Origin: Desulfuromonadales bacterium
Lineage (GTDB): Bacteria; Desulfobacterota; Desulfuromonadia; Desulfuromonadales; SZUA-540
Assembly: GCA_033549025.1 (NCBI GenBank)
Contig: JAWSUS010000001.1
Coordinates: 299,685 to 363,684 of the forward strand
Direction: 5' to 3'
DNA: 64,000 bases
The notes below the pieces were generated by a model that saw only the letters and a list, made by a program, of their open reading frames with translations, was not told the DNA's origin and did no database searches. The translations under genes and the position numbers were made by a program. Below are positions 46,469-57,329 of the stretch, one piece after another (position 1 is the first letter of the stretch; the number at the start of each line of letters is the position of its first letter).

Positions 46469-48136
46469 TCAGCCTCTGGCCGAGGAGGCGATCATTTCCC
46501 GGGCATGGGCCAGGGTTTTTTCAGTCACCTGAGCACCGCCTAGCATGCGGGCCATCTCTCGGACCCGATCCTCCCCTTCCAGGGGGACCAGGGCCGTAAA
46601 AGTGCGTCCACCCTGCTGCATTTTTTCCACCCGGTAATGCCTGTCCCCAAAAGCGGCGACCTGGGGCAGATGGGTAATGCAAAGAACTTGCAACCCCTGT
46701 GCCACTCCCCGCAGCTTTTCCCCGACCGCCGTGGCAGCCATACCGCCGACACCCGCATCGACTTCATCAAAGACAAGGGTAGAGACACCGTCCCGCTCGG
46801 GGGCGACACTCTTCAGGGCCAGCATGATGCGGGAAAGTTCGCCGCCCGAAGCGATCCAGGCCAGAGGTTTGGGCTCTTCACCGGGATTGGCGGAAATATA
46901 AAATTCGCCCCGTTCCAACCCTTTGGGGCCCGGGGCGGGAAGGGGGAAAAGGCGCATCTCGAAACGGGCCTTCTCCATGGCCAGATCTTTTAGTTCATGT
47001 TCGAGGGCTTCACGCAACCTTTCGCCGGCCGACCGACGGGCCTCGGACAGTTGCTGCCCAGCCTCCTGAAGGCACGCCCGGCTTTCGGTCAATTTTTTGT
47101 CCAGGACCTCGCGGGTGGCGTCAATATCTTTGAGAATTTCGATTTCGTGCTCGATTTTCTCTTTATAAGCGAGAATTTCATCGATATTCGCGTTGTATTT
47201 ACGCTTGAGTCCGGCCAGCAGGGCCAGGCGTTGCTCAACCTGATCCTGACGCCCTTCCTCATAGCCTCCCTGTCCGGCGTGATCACGAAGCTGTAAGGCC
47301 ACGTCTTCGAGGGCATAAAATGCGTTGCGGACAGCTTCACCGAGGGTTCCCAGCCCCGGATCCACCTCGCGCAGGCCCTCCAACCGGTCAGCCAAAGCCC
47401 CCAGCTTTTCACAGACCGCCCCCTCCATGCCATAGAGGAGCTCATGCCCCCCTTCTGTGGCGGCGACCACCTTCTCAGCATGTTGCAGACGCAGTCTTTC
47501 GGCCGCCAGGCTTTCTTCCTCGCCGGACCGCAACTGGGCCCTGTCAATCTCCCCATGCTGGTAGGTCAGCAGGTCGAGGCGCTGCTGCCGTTCTTTTTCG
47601 GCTTCTTCAAGCTTCGTCCGGTTGCTTTCAAGCTCCTGGGTCTCACGGTAAATTTCCCGGTAACGAGCCACCTCCTCCTGCAGGTTGGCGTAGCGATCCA
47701 GAAGGTCGAGGTGTGTATCGGCCCGCTGCAGGTTCTGGTGTTCATGCTGACCATAAATGGTCAACAGTTCAGAGGCCACTTCCTCCAATTGGGACAACTT
47801 GGCCAAAGAACCATTGATATAAATCCTGTTTTTTCCTGACCGGCTCACCAACCGTTTGACGATCAGTTCTTCCCCGGCCTCAAAGCCTTCCGCCTCCAGG
47901 CGCTGCACAATCCCCGACCGACCCGAGATATTGAACATGGCCTCCACCTGGGCTTCGTCCTCCCCCGTGCGAATGACTTCCGGCCGAGCCCGGTCTCCCA
48001 TGAGCAGGCCGACGGCATCGATGATGATCGACTTCCCGGCGCCGGTTTCGCCCGTCAACACATTGAAGCCGGGCTGAAAAGTTACATGCAAACGGTCGAT
48101 AATCGCGAAGTTTTTGATAATGAGATCGGTCAGCAT
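46469..48136 (-). CDS. recN: DNA repair protein RecN
   Basis: LTGETGAGKS, GQHEHQ, ASGGELSR, FDEVDAG, ITHLPQVA. Confidence 0.97.
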   Translation of the reverse strand: MLTDLIIKNFAIIDRLHVTFQPGFNVLTGETGAGKSIIIDAVGLLMGDRARPEVIRTGEDEAQVEAMFNISGRSGIVQRLEAEGFEAGEELIVKRLVSRSGKNRIYINGSLAKLSQLEEVASELLTIYGQHEHQNLQRADTHLDLLDRYANLQEEVARYREIYRETQELESNRTKLEEAEKERQQRLDLLTYQHGEIDRAQLRSGEEESLAAERLRLQHAEKVVAATEGGHELLYGMEGAVCEKLGALADRLEGLREVDPGLGTLGEAVRNAFYALEDVALQLRDHAGQGGYEEGRQDQVEQRLALLAGLKRKYNANIDEILAYKEKIEHEIEILKDIDATREVLDKKLTESRACLQEAGQQLSEARRSAGERLREALEHELKDLAMEKARFEMRLFPLPAPGPKGLERGEFYISANPGEEPKPLAWIASGGELSRIMLALKSVAPERDGVSTLVFDEVDAGVGGMAATAVGEKLRGVAQGLQVLCITHLPQVAAFGDRHYRVEKMQQGGRTFTALVPLEGEDRVREMARMLGGAQVTEKTLAHAREMIASSARG

Positions 48137-48192
48137 AAAGAAGCTCGTCCCCTTACATTGGGCGTGAAATACATTGTTCATTTAGACGGGGA

Positions 48193-49047
48193 TCAACGTT
48201 CCCCCCACTTCAACTTTGTGCGCAACACCTGAAAAAAGTCCTTGGAAGGACTTTTGACCAGCAGGGTACTGCTTTTGGACCGACGAACCTCGACAATGTC
48301 CCCACCCTGCAGCGGCATACCGACCTGCCCGTCGGCGGTGAAAACCACATCCTCGTCCTGAAACTTAACCTCAACACGGATTATCGATTCATCCGGGACA
48401 ATGATGGGACGATTGGTCAACATGTGGGGGCAGATCGGCGAGATGACCAGACAGTGCAGGCCGGGCGACATGATGGGACCGCCGGCCGCCAGATTGTAGG
48501 CGGTAGACCCGGTAGGCGTGGAAATAATCAGGCCATCCGCTTTGAAGGTCGTCAGGTAGACGTCATCGACCGAAGCCTCCATGTCGATGATGCGGGCCAG
48601 GGCGCCCTTGTTGATGACGACATCGTTGAGAACCCGGAAGCGCCCGACTTTCTGACCCTGGCGCAGAACGACCACATCCATCATCATGCGATCGCTGACG
48701 GTAAAATCGCCCTGAATGACCCGCTCCAGCACGGGATAAAGCTCATCCAGGGTCACTTCGGTGAGAAAGCCAAGACTCCCCAGATTGACCCCGAGAATGG
48801 GCGTTTTCAGATCACCGACCTGGCGGGCGACGGAGATCAGGGTGCCGTCGCCGCCCAGAACGAGAATAAGGTTGACCATGGCGGGGATGCTGCGACCGGG
48901 ATAGCCTTGGGCGTCCCCCATTTCGGCCGCCAGCCCTTCCTCGAAAAAAACCTCTATTCCCCGCTGCGCCAGCCAGGCGCTGACCTCGCGTGCAACCTGC
49001 ACCGCAGTGGGATTTTTGCGTTTAATGTAGATACCGATACGCTTCAT
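48193..49047 (-). CDS. nadK: NAD(+) kinase
   Basis: GGDGT, GVNLGSLGFL, LNDVV, DGLIISTPTGSTAY. Confidence 0.96.
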   Translation of the reverse strand: MKRIGIYIKRKNPTAVQVAREVSAWLAQRGIEVFFEEGLAAEMGDAQGYPGRSIPAMVNLILVLGGDGTLISVARQVGDLKTPILGVNLGSLGFLTEVTLDELYPVLERVIQGDFTVSDRMMMDVVVLRQGQKVGRFRVLNDVVINKGALARIIDMEASVDDVYLTTFKADGLIISTPTGSTAYNLAAGGPIMSPGLHCLVISPICPHMLTNRPIIVPDESIIRVEVKFQDEDVVFTADGQVGMPLQGGDIVEVRRSKSSTLLVKSPSKDFFQVLRTKLKWGER

Positions 49048-49200
49048 GGCAATCCTCACGGAGGCAAAGTGGCTCAAAGCTACCACACACCTCAGGCAAA
49101 GTCCATCGCTTTCAAGAACTTAGGCTGACAGGCCCTTGTGAGTCAGGACGTTCTGTGATAGCTTTTCCCGAGCCGGTTACAGGCGGCAGAGAGGATGATT

Positions 49201-50535
49201 ATGGATCTTTTTACCCACGGTTCCGAAGGCTTGAAAAGTGCCCCCCTGGCCGAACGGCTGCGCCCGCGCACTCTGGATGAAATGGTCGGCCAGGACCACC
49301 TGATCGGCGAAGGAAAAATCCTGCGCAAACTCATCGAGGCTGACCAGGTCGCCTCCATCATCTTCTGGGGTCCGCCCGGCACGGGAAAAACGACGCTGGC
49401 CCAGGTCATCGCCAACACAACCCGCAGCCGCTTCGTTTTCTTTTCCGCCGTGATGCAGGGCATCAAGGATGTGCGCGAAATCGTTCAGAAAGCCCGGGAA
49501 GAAAAGTCCTACCACGGGCGCAAAACCCTGCTTTTCGTCGACGAGATTCACCGTTTCAACAAGGCCCAGCAGGATGCCTTTCTGCCTCATGTAGAGAAAG
49601 GGGACATCATTCTCATTGGCGCCACAACCGAGAATCCCTCCTTTGAGGTGAATTCGGCTCTGCTGTCGCGCTCCCGGGTTTTTGTCCTGCAGGCTCTCAG
49701 TCCTGACGACATCCGCCTGCTGCTGACAAGGGCCCTGCAGGACGAACGCTGGCCGGAGGGACGCGGCCGGCAGATCGAACCGGACGCCCTCGACTTTCTG
49801 GCCGGACAGGCGCAGGGGGATGCGCGGGTCGCCCTGAACACGCTGGAACTGGCGGCGGCGACCGCCGCGGCCGACCAACGGATCACCCTGCAACTTCTGC
49901 AGGAGGTTCTGCAGAAGAAGCCCCTGCTCTACGACAAGGGTGCCGAAGAGCACTACAATGTCATATCCGCCTTCATCAAGAGCCTGCGCGGCTCAGATCC
50001 CGACGGCGCCCTCTACTGGCTGGCCCGCATGATCGAGGCCGGCGAGGATCCCCTTTTCATCGTGCGCAGGCTGGTTATTTTCGCGACCGAAGATGTCGGC
50101 AACGCCGATCCCCGCGGGCTTCAACTCGCCGTCGCCACCATGCAGGCCCTCCAGTTCGTCGGCATGCCGGAAGGCCGGATTCCGCTGGCCCAGGCTGTCA
50201 CCTATCTGGCCACCGCGCCCAAAAGCAATGCCTCCTACAAGGGTATCAATGACGCGCTGGCAGAAGTACGCCAGAGCGGCGCCCTGCCCGTGCCTCTACA
50301 TATCCGCAATGCCCCGACCGGCTTGATGAAAGAGCTGGGCTACGGCCAGGGATATCGCTACGCCCACGATTACGAAGGGGGATTCGCTCCGCAGCAGCAT
50401 TTGCCTGACCAGTTGCAGGGACGGCAATTTTACCGCCCCCATGACCGCGGCTACGAAAAGATGATCGGTGAAAGGATGCGCCACTGGCGAGATCTGGCCG
50501 GCAAAACAGCCGGAGATGACACCGAAGAAAGCTGA
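49201..50535 (+). CDS. rarA: Replication-associated recombination protein A (MgsA/RarA)
   Basis: PLAERLRP, GPPGTGKT, DEIHRFNKAQQD, GATTENPSF, SAFIKSLRGSD. Confidence 0.95.
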   Translation: MDLFTHGSEGLKSAPLAERLRPRTLDEMVGQDHLIGEGKILRKLIEADQVASIIFWGPPGTGKTTLAQVIANTTRSRFVFFSAVMQGIKDVREIVQKAREEKSYHGRKTLLFVDEIHRFNKAQQDAFLPHVEKGDIILIGATTENPSFEVNSALLSRSRVFVLQALSPDDIRLLLTRALQDERWPEGRGRQIEPDALDFLAGQAQGDARVALNTLELAAATAAADQRITLQLLQEVLQKKPLLYDKGAEEHYNVISAFIKSLRGSDPDGALYWLARMIEAGEDPLFIVRRLVIFATEDVGNADPRGLQLAVATMQALQFVGMPEGRIPLAQAVTYLATAPKSNASYKGINDALAEVRQSGALPVPLHIRNAPTGLMKELGYGQGYRYAHDYEGGFAPQQHLPDQLQGRQFYRPHDRGYEKMIGERMRHWRDLAGKTAGDDTEES

Positions 50536-50596
50536 GGCCCAGAGAGGCGGCCAGGCTGTTTTCTCCCTTTCCGACCACCGCCTGCCCCGTTAGCAC

Positions 50597-51610
50597 CTAC
50601 TCCCAGACGCCCTCGATAGAGGTTCCACAGGCATCGCAGCGGCCCTGATCCAGGTGACTGGCATCGATACGATATCCCGCCCGTGAAATAATCTTTTTGC
50701 CACAGCCCGGGCAGAAGGTATTTTCACCCCCCTCGCCGGGCACATTGCCCTCATAGACATATTTCAACCCCGCCTCAAGCCCTATCTGCCTGGCACGCCG
50801 TAGGGTTTCCACGGGTGTGCGCGGCACATCCAGCATCTTGTAGGTCGGATAAAAAGCAGTCACATGCCAGGGAACCTGGGCGCCGAGTTCGTTATGAATA
50901 AAGCCGGCCAGGGCCCGCAACTCTTCATCGCTATCGTTGTGGCCGGGGATCAGCAGGGTGGTAACTTCCAGCCAGATACCCAGCCGCCGGTAGTCGCGCA
51001 GGGTATCCAGCACCCCCTGCAGACGGGCTCCCGCCACTTCCCGGTAGAAATCCTCCGTAAAACCCTTGAGGTCGATATTGGCGGCATCGAGACAGGGGGC
51101 AATCCGTTCCAGCGCAGCGGTCCCCGTATAGCCATTGCTGACGAACACATTGCCGAGACCGGCTTCCTTGGCCAGCACGGCGGTGTCATAGGCATACTCG
51201 TAGAAGATGGTCGGTTCGGTATAGGTGTAGGAAATACTGCGGCATCCCGCCGCCAGCGCCCGCTGCACGAGGTCGGCTGGGGAGACTTTCTCGCCCGGCA
51301 CCGCCCCCCTGGAAGCGCTCCACTGGGAGATGTCGTAATTCTGACAATGCTGGCAGTGGAAATTGCAGCCGACGGTGGCGATGGAATAGCTGGTGGAGCC
51401 TGGCAGATAATGAAAGAGAGGTTTTTTCTCGATGTGGTCGACGTTCTCGGCAATCAGCTTTTCATAGACAAGCGAGTAGAGAATGCCGTCGCGATTTTCT
51501 CGCACCCCGCACAGGCCTCTTTTGCCGACGGCAATCAGGCACTGGTGGCGGCACAGGATGCAAAGGGTCTTGTTTCCCTCTTTTTTTTCCCAGAAGGCAG
51601 CTTCGCGCAT
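50597..51610 (-). CDS. amrS: AmmeMemoRadiSam system radical SAM enzyme
   Basis: N-terminal CILCRHQC...GLCGVR, IEKKPLFH, CNFHCQHCQN (CxxxCxxC), YTYTEP, C-terminal NTFCPGC. Confidence 0.88.
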   Translation of the reverse strand: MREAAFWEKKEGNKTLCILCRHQCLIAVGKRGLCGVRENRDGILYSLVYEKLIAENVDHIEKKPLFHYLPGSTSYSIATVGCNFHCQHCQNYDISQWSASRGAVPGEKVSPADLVQRALAAGCRSISYTYTEPTIFYEYAYDTAVLAKEAGLGNVFVSNGYTGTAALERIAPCLDAANIDLKGFTEDFYREVAGARLQGVLDTLRDYRRLGIWLEVTTLLIPGHNDSDEELRALAGFIHNELGAQVPWHVTAFYPTYKMLDVPRTPVETLRRARQIGLEAGLKYVYEGNVPGEGGENTFCPGCGKKIISRAGYRIDASHLDQGRCDACGTSIEGVWE

Positions 51611-51683
51611 GAGTCCCTCCCTGAAGTTTTCATTTCCTGCAGGAAGTATAGCAGACGCGAAAAACAACGGCGCCGTCCGGTCA

Positions 51684-52781
51684 TCAGAACTTGAAGCGCC
51701 TCATACTGACGTTGAGCAGCAAACCGGTTCCGATCATGGAGGTCACCATACTGGTGCCGCCGTAGGAAAAGAGGGGCAGCGGGACGCCGACGACGGGCAA
51801 CAGGCCGATGACCATCCCCAGATTTACCACCATATGCCAGAACAGCATGGCCACCACGCCCAAGGCCAGAAACATGCCGAATTTATCGGCCGCGCGCCGG
51901 GCAATATAGAGGCCCCAGATAATAATCAGCAGATAGAGCGCCAACAGGCCCAGGCTGCCGACAAAGCCCCACTCTTCGGCAAAGACGGAAAAAGCGAAGT
52001 CCGTGTGTCGTTCCGGCAGAAAAGAGAGCTGGGACTGGGTCCCCTTCATGAAGCCCTTGCCCCAGAACCCGCCACTGCCCACGGCGATCTTGGACTGGAT
52101 AATGTGATAGCCGGAGCCCAGAGGATCTCGTTCGGGATTGAGAAAAGTATAGACCCGCTCCCGCTGGTAGTCATGCAGCAAAAACCAGCCCCCGCCGGCT
52201 CCCAGGATGCCCAGCACGGTCAAGCCGATAAGGGTGAGTCGCTGAATGCCGGCAAAGAGGGCAACAGTCAGGCCGATAAAGACGACCATCATCGACGTGC
52301 CCAGATCGGGCTGCTTCATGATCAGCAGAACCGGTAGCGCCAGCAGGGAAAAAGGCGGGAGCAATTCTCTGAAATTATGGCCGAAAGCATGCCCTTTGCG
52401 GCTGAAATGGCATGCGAGGGTGATGATGATGACGATTTTCATGACCTCGCTCGGCTGCAGATTGAAAAAACCGAGATCGAGCCAGCGTGTGGCCCCCATG
52501 GAAGTCTTGCCGAACAAAAGGACACCGATCAGCAGCAGGACATTGGCCCCATAGAAAAAAAAACCCATATATTCGAGGTGACGATAATCGAACACACAAA
52601 CGGTCAGGGCGATGACAATCCCCAAAGCAAACCAGTACATCTGCTTGATGTAGACAGGCGTTCCCCCGGAGGACCAGGAGGCGGTGGCGCTGTACAGGTT
52701 CATCATGCCAATGGCGGCCACCAGGCAGACGAGGGCCAGAAAAAACCAGTCGAAGTGTGTCAACAGACGGCGGTCAAACAT
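51684..52781 (-). CDS. rodA: Rod shape-determining SEDS protein RodA
   Basis: QPSE, QPDLG, YQRER, GYHIIQS, LPERHTDF, SYGGTS; follows mrdA. Confidence 0.96.
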   Translation of the reverse strand: MFDRRLLTHFDWFFLALVCLVAAIGMMNLYSATASWSSGGTPVYIKQMYWFALGIVIALTVCVFDYRHLEYMGFFFYGANVLLLIGVLLFGKTSMGATRWLDLGFFNLQPSEVMKIVIIITLACHFSRKGHAFGHNFRELLPPFSLLALPVLLIMKQPDLGTSMMVVFIGLTVALFAGIQRLTLIGLTVLGILGAGGGWFLLHDYQRERVYTFLNPERDPLGSGYHIIQSKIAVGSGGFWGKGFMKGTQSQLSFLPERHTDFAFSVFAEEWGFVGSLGLLALYLLIIIWGLYIARRAADKFGMFLALGVVAMLFWHMVVNLGMVIGLLPVVGVPLPLFSYGGTSMVTSMIGTGLLLNVSMRRFKF

Positions 52782-52786
52782 GGTGT

Positions 52787-54652
52787 TCAGTCTCCCGCAT
52801 AGGGTACATTTTCGGGCTGGGGACCCACTTCCACCCCAAAATAGCTGGCAATCATTTCCATGGCGATGGGAGCGGCGACGGTGCTGCCATGCCGGCCGTG
52901 CTCAACGACGACGGCAACGGCAATTTCGGGCGCCTCGGCCGGCGCATAGGCCACAAAAAGGGCGTGATCCCGAAAACGGTAGGGGATCTTCTCCTCATCA
53001 TCCTCCTGGTCATCATCGTCTTTGAGACGGACAACCTGAGCGGTTCCCGTCTTCCCGGCCACCTTCACGCCTTCAAGCTTACGGGACCAGGCCGTGCCTC
53101 CCGGTTCGTTCACCGCCGCCACCAGCCCGGTGTGCACCGCCATCAGGTCTTTTTGGGAAAAAGGAGTCGATTTGAGAATTTCGGGAGAATGGTCCTCCAG
53201 CACATTGCCGACAAGATCAACAACCTTCTTGACGACCTGCGGGCGATACACGGTACCGCCATTGGCCATGGTCGCCGTCATGACCGCCAGCTGCAGGGGC
53301 GTTGTCAGCACATAGCCCTGTCCGATAGAGGCGATGACCGTTTCACCGTCGTACCAGGGGGCGCCGAATCGCCGGCGCTTCCAGTCCCTCGTCGGTATCA
53401 GTCCGGCCTTCTCCCCTTCGAGGTCGAGGCCCAGCGCGCTGCCCAGGCCCAGATCCATGGCCGTTTCGGAAAGCCGATCGATACCGAGATCCTGCGCAAC
53501 CTGGTAAAACCAGACATCACAGCTTTCTTTCAGCGCCTTTTTGAGGTTCGTTTTACCGTGCCCTCTCCTCTTCCAGCAGCGAAATTCCCTATCGCCCACC
53601 TCGAGCTTCCCCGTGCAGTTAACCGAAGTCGACGCGGTGATCAGTCCCGATTTCAAGGCCGCCAGGGCAGACACAATCTTGAAGGTCGAGCCGGGGGGAT
53701 ACTGCCCGGTTATCGCCTTGTTCTGCAGAGGATGGCGGGGATCCTTCAGAAGGGCGATCCACTCTTCGGAACTTATGCCCTGAGCGAAGGTATCCGGGTT
53801 GAAGGAGGGGCGACTGACCAGAGCCAAAACCTCGCCGGAGTGAACATCCAGCACGACGGCGGCCCCGGCATGGTCTTCAAAAGCCGCTTCGGCCGCCAGT
53901 TGCAGATCCCGCTTGATCGTCAGATAGACCCGATTGCCCGGAAAGGGATCCCGGGTCTGGAGACTGCGAAGGAGCTTGCCCCTGACGTTGACCTCAAGTC
54001 GCTGCTGCCCCTCATGGCCGCGCAAGGTGCTTTCCAGGCGTTTTTCAATCCCGCTTTTACCGACAAATTCACCGGACCGGTATCCGGAAAAGTCCTGGCT
54101 GCGCAATTGCTGCTCGGTAATCTCTCCCAGATAGCCGAACAGATGAGCACCGATTTCCTGATAAGGATAAGTCCGGTTGGGACGAACGACGGTGAGCAAG
54201 CCAGGTAGATCAGAGGCGTTTTCCTGAATGACTTCCATGCGGTCGCGGCCAATGTCTTCCGCTAAAGGCAAGGGCCGGTAGGCAGGCAGACGCCTCCCCT
54301 TTTGGTAGCGTTCGTGCAGGATGACCACATCCTCATCCAGGTAACCGGCAAGGGTTTCCAGCAGAAGATCCACGTCTTCTACGTCCTGACGCAGCACAGA
54401 GACCCCGAAAGCAGGCCGGTTATCGACCAAGAGGAGACCGTCACGATCATAGATGGCCCCTCGCGGCGCTTCCACCGGGATGTAACGCAAGCGGTTCTTT
54501 TCCGAAAGCTCAAGGTAGGAATCGGCACTGATCACCTGCAAGTACCATAAGCGCATCAGCAGCAGCAGGAAAAAAGCCCCTGCCGCAAGGGAAATGATCA
54601 CGAAACGTTTTTTGAGGCCGGGAGTTTCCGACCAGCCGGCATTGAGCCCCAT
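52787..54652 (-). CDS. mrdA: Penicillin-binding protein 2
   Basis: APRGAIYDR, PGSTFK (SxxK), SCD, KTGTAQ. Confidence 0.96.
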   Translation of the reverse strand: MGLNAGWSETPGLKKRFVIISLAAGAFFLLLLMRLWYLQVISADSYLELSEKNRLRYIPVEAPRGAIYDRDGLLLVDNRPAFGVSVLRQDVEDVDLLLETLAGYLDEDVVILHERYQKGRRLPAYRPLPLAEDIGRDRMEVIQENASDLPGLLTVVRPNRTYPYQEIGAHLFGYLGEITEQQLRSQDFSGYRSGEFVGKSGIEKRLESTLRGHEGQQRLEVNVRGKLLRSLQTRDPFPGNRVYLTIKRDLQLAAEAAFEDHAGAAVVLDVHSGEVLALVSRPSFNPDTFAQGISSEEWIALLKDPRHPLQNKAITGQYPPGSTFKIVSALAALKSGLITASTSVNCTGKLEVGDREFRCWKRRGHGKTNLKKALKESCDVWFYQVAQDLGIDRLSETAMDLGLGSALGLDLEGEKAGLIPTRDWKRRRFGAPWYDGETVIASIGQGYVLTTPLQLAVMTATMANGGTVYRPQVVKKVVDLVGNVLEDHSPEILKSTPFSQKDLMAVHTGLVAAVNEPGGTAWSRKLEGVKVAGKTGTAQVVRLKDDDDQEDDEEKIPYRFRDHALFVAYAPAEAPEIAVAVVVEHGRHGSTVAAPIAMEMIASYFGVEVGPQPENVPYAGD

Positions 54653-54657
54653 AGCAA

Positions 54658-55182
54658 TTATCTCAGCTTCTGCAGCCCGGGAATACTCTCACGGGGGAAA
54701 AAGCGTTTTTGAATCCACAGCACGCCACTGAGCAGCAGCCAGGTGGCGGCAAAATTGAGGATCGCCTGGGGCAGCAGGCGCCACAGGATCAGGCTGCCGA
54801 CAGGCCCGGCGTGAGCGAAAAACTTCAGGGAAAAGACCAGCAGCCCCCCTTCGATAAAGGTGCCGGCGAAGACCATGAGCAGAAGGAGCAGAGAGTTTTC
54901 GGTATTGAAGCGATCGACCGTTCCGCGGACAAGGAGGAAGATAACCAGCAGGACAAAACCGTGCAGGCCCAGATAATGTCCGGCAAAGACATCAAAGAGG
55001 CAGCCCAGCACAAAGGCCAGCAGACTGCCGCGAATATAGTTTTCCAGCAGGCCGACATAGACGACCAGAATCAGGAGCAGGTCGGGCTCCAGTCGGAAAG
55101 GAAGAAGAGCGGGCAATAGTGAGGTCTGCAAAAGGATAAAGAGGTAGCCGATCAAAAAGTAGACGTAAACGGCTTTACTCAT
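54658..55182 (-). CDS. mreD: Rod shape-determining protein MreD
   Basis: Hydrophobic 174 aa with PDLLL and G..FD motifs, between mreC and mrdA. Confidence 0.85.
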   Translation of the reverse strand: MSKAVYVYFLIGYLFILLQTSLLPALLPFRLEPDLLLILVVYVGLLENYIRGSLLAFVLGCLFDVFAGHYLGLHGFVLLVIFLLVRGTVDRFNTENSLLLLLMVFAGTFIEGGLLVFSLKFFAHAGPVGSLILWRLLPQAILNFAATWLLLSGVLWIQKRFFPRESIPGLQKLR

Positions 55183-55997
55183 GCGTCTTCCTTTAACAGG
55201 ACCAGAACCTCTTCGAGCTGGTCAAAATCGACAAAGGGAGCGATCTCCACTTCCTGAAACATCCGGTAGCCTTCGCGAGCCACCTGGGTCACCGTGCCAA
55301 GGACAATCCCCTTGGGGAATATCCCGCCCATACCCGAACTGATGATACGGTCGCCAATGACCACATCCTGGTCCCGCAAGGCGTATTCAAAGGACAGGTT
55401 GTCGCCCCGACCACGAGCGACGCCGCGGGTGCGGCTTCGCTGCACGAGGGAGGCAACAGCCGATGAGGGGTCGGTGACGAGCAGCACCCGGGCATACCCG
55501 GGTGCGACCGCGATAATCCTCCCGACGGCTCCTTCGGGAACCACGACAGCGAGCCCCTCGGTGACACCGTCGGCAGAACCCCGGTCGATGACCACCGTAC
55601 GGAACCAGCCGGAGGCATCCTCGCCGATGACGCGGGCGGGAAGAGCCGGCATCTGAATGTCCTCGCGAAAATTCAGAAGGGTGCGAAGCCTTTCGTTGCT
55701 CAGACGAACTTCCTCGAGCTGGTCGAGAGCCGCCTTAAGACGCCGGTTTTCCTGCAGCAGCTCACGATTTTCTTCTTCGGTCCGCACCAGCCAGAGGTAA
55801 CGGCTCCAGGTATCGGCAACCGAGGTTACCAGGCCATCCATCCCCTTCTGCAAGGGGCCGGTAAAGACCAGTACCATCTTTTCGAACAGCGTGGTGCGCG
55901 CCTGAGTGCGCAAATGAGTGGAGTAAAAGAGCAGCGCCGAAAGAACAAAGACGCAGAGAAGGAGAAGAGTCCTGTATTTTTTAAACAGATCCAGCAT
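55179..55997 (-). CDS. mreC: Rod shape-determining protein MreC
   Basis: TM helix + coiled coil, IDRGSADGV, SSGMGGIFPKG. Confidence 0.95.
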   Translation of the reverse strand: MLDLFKKYRTLLLLCVFVLSALLFYSTHLRTQARTTLFEKMVLVFTGPLQKGMDGLVTSVADTWSRYLWLVRTEEENRELLQENRRLKAALDQLEEVRLSNERLRTLLNFREDIQMPALPARVIGEDASGWFRTVVIDRGSADGVTEGLAVVVPEGAVGRIIAVAPGYARVLLVTDPSSAVASLVQRSRTRGVARGRGDNLSFEYALRDQDVVIGDRIISSGMGGIFPKGIVLGTVTQVAREGYRMFQEVEIAPFVDFDQLEEVLVLLKEDA

Positions 55998-56094
55998 GGA
56001 AGTCCGGACTTATGACAGGAAAGAAAAGGAGGGCATGCAGCCCTCCTTGACGACGGGAAATTGGGCGAGTCACCGCAGAGGGCTCACCCCTGTC

Positions 56095-57186
<1,092 letters not shown>

Positions 57187-57250
57187 TTAAAATGCCGCTT
57201 ACACTACCAAAAGCACAAGGTTTTTTCAAGCCAATAAACCGAAAAAGTTA

Positions 57251-57279
57251 TTGCATTTCCACCCCTGATTGTCTAACAT
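57251..57279 (+). promoter_or_regulatory. Putative sigma70 promoter for ppiD-purC
   Basis: TTGCAT-17 bp-TAACAT about 50 nt upstream of the start codon. Confidence 0.45.
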
Positions 57280-57329
57280 GCGCCCTGTTCCTTAGACCTC
57301 ATTAAACCGCCTGAAGGAGAGGTTCGTCA

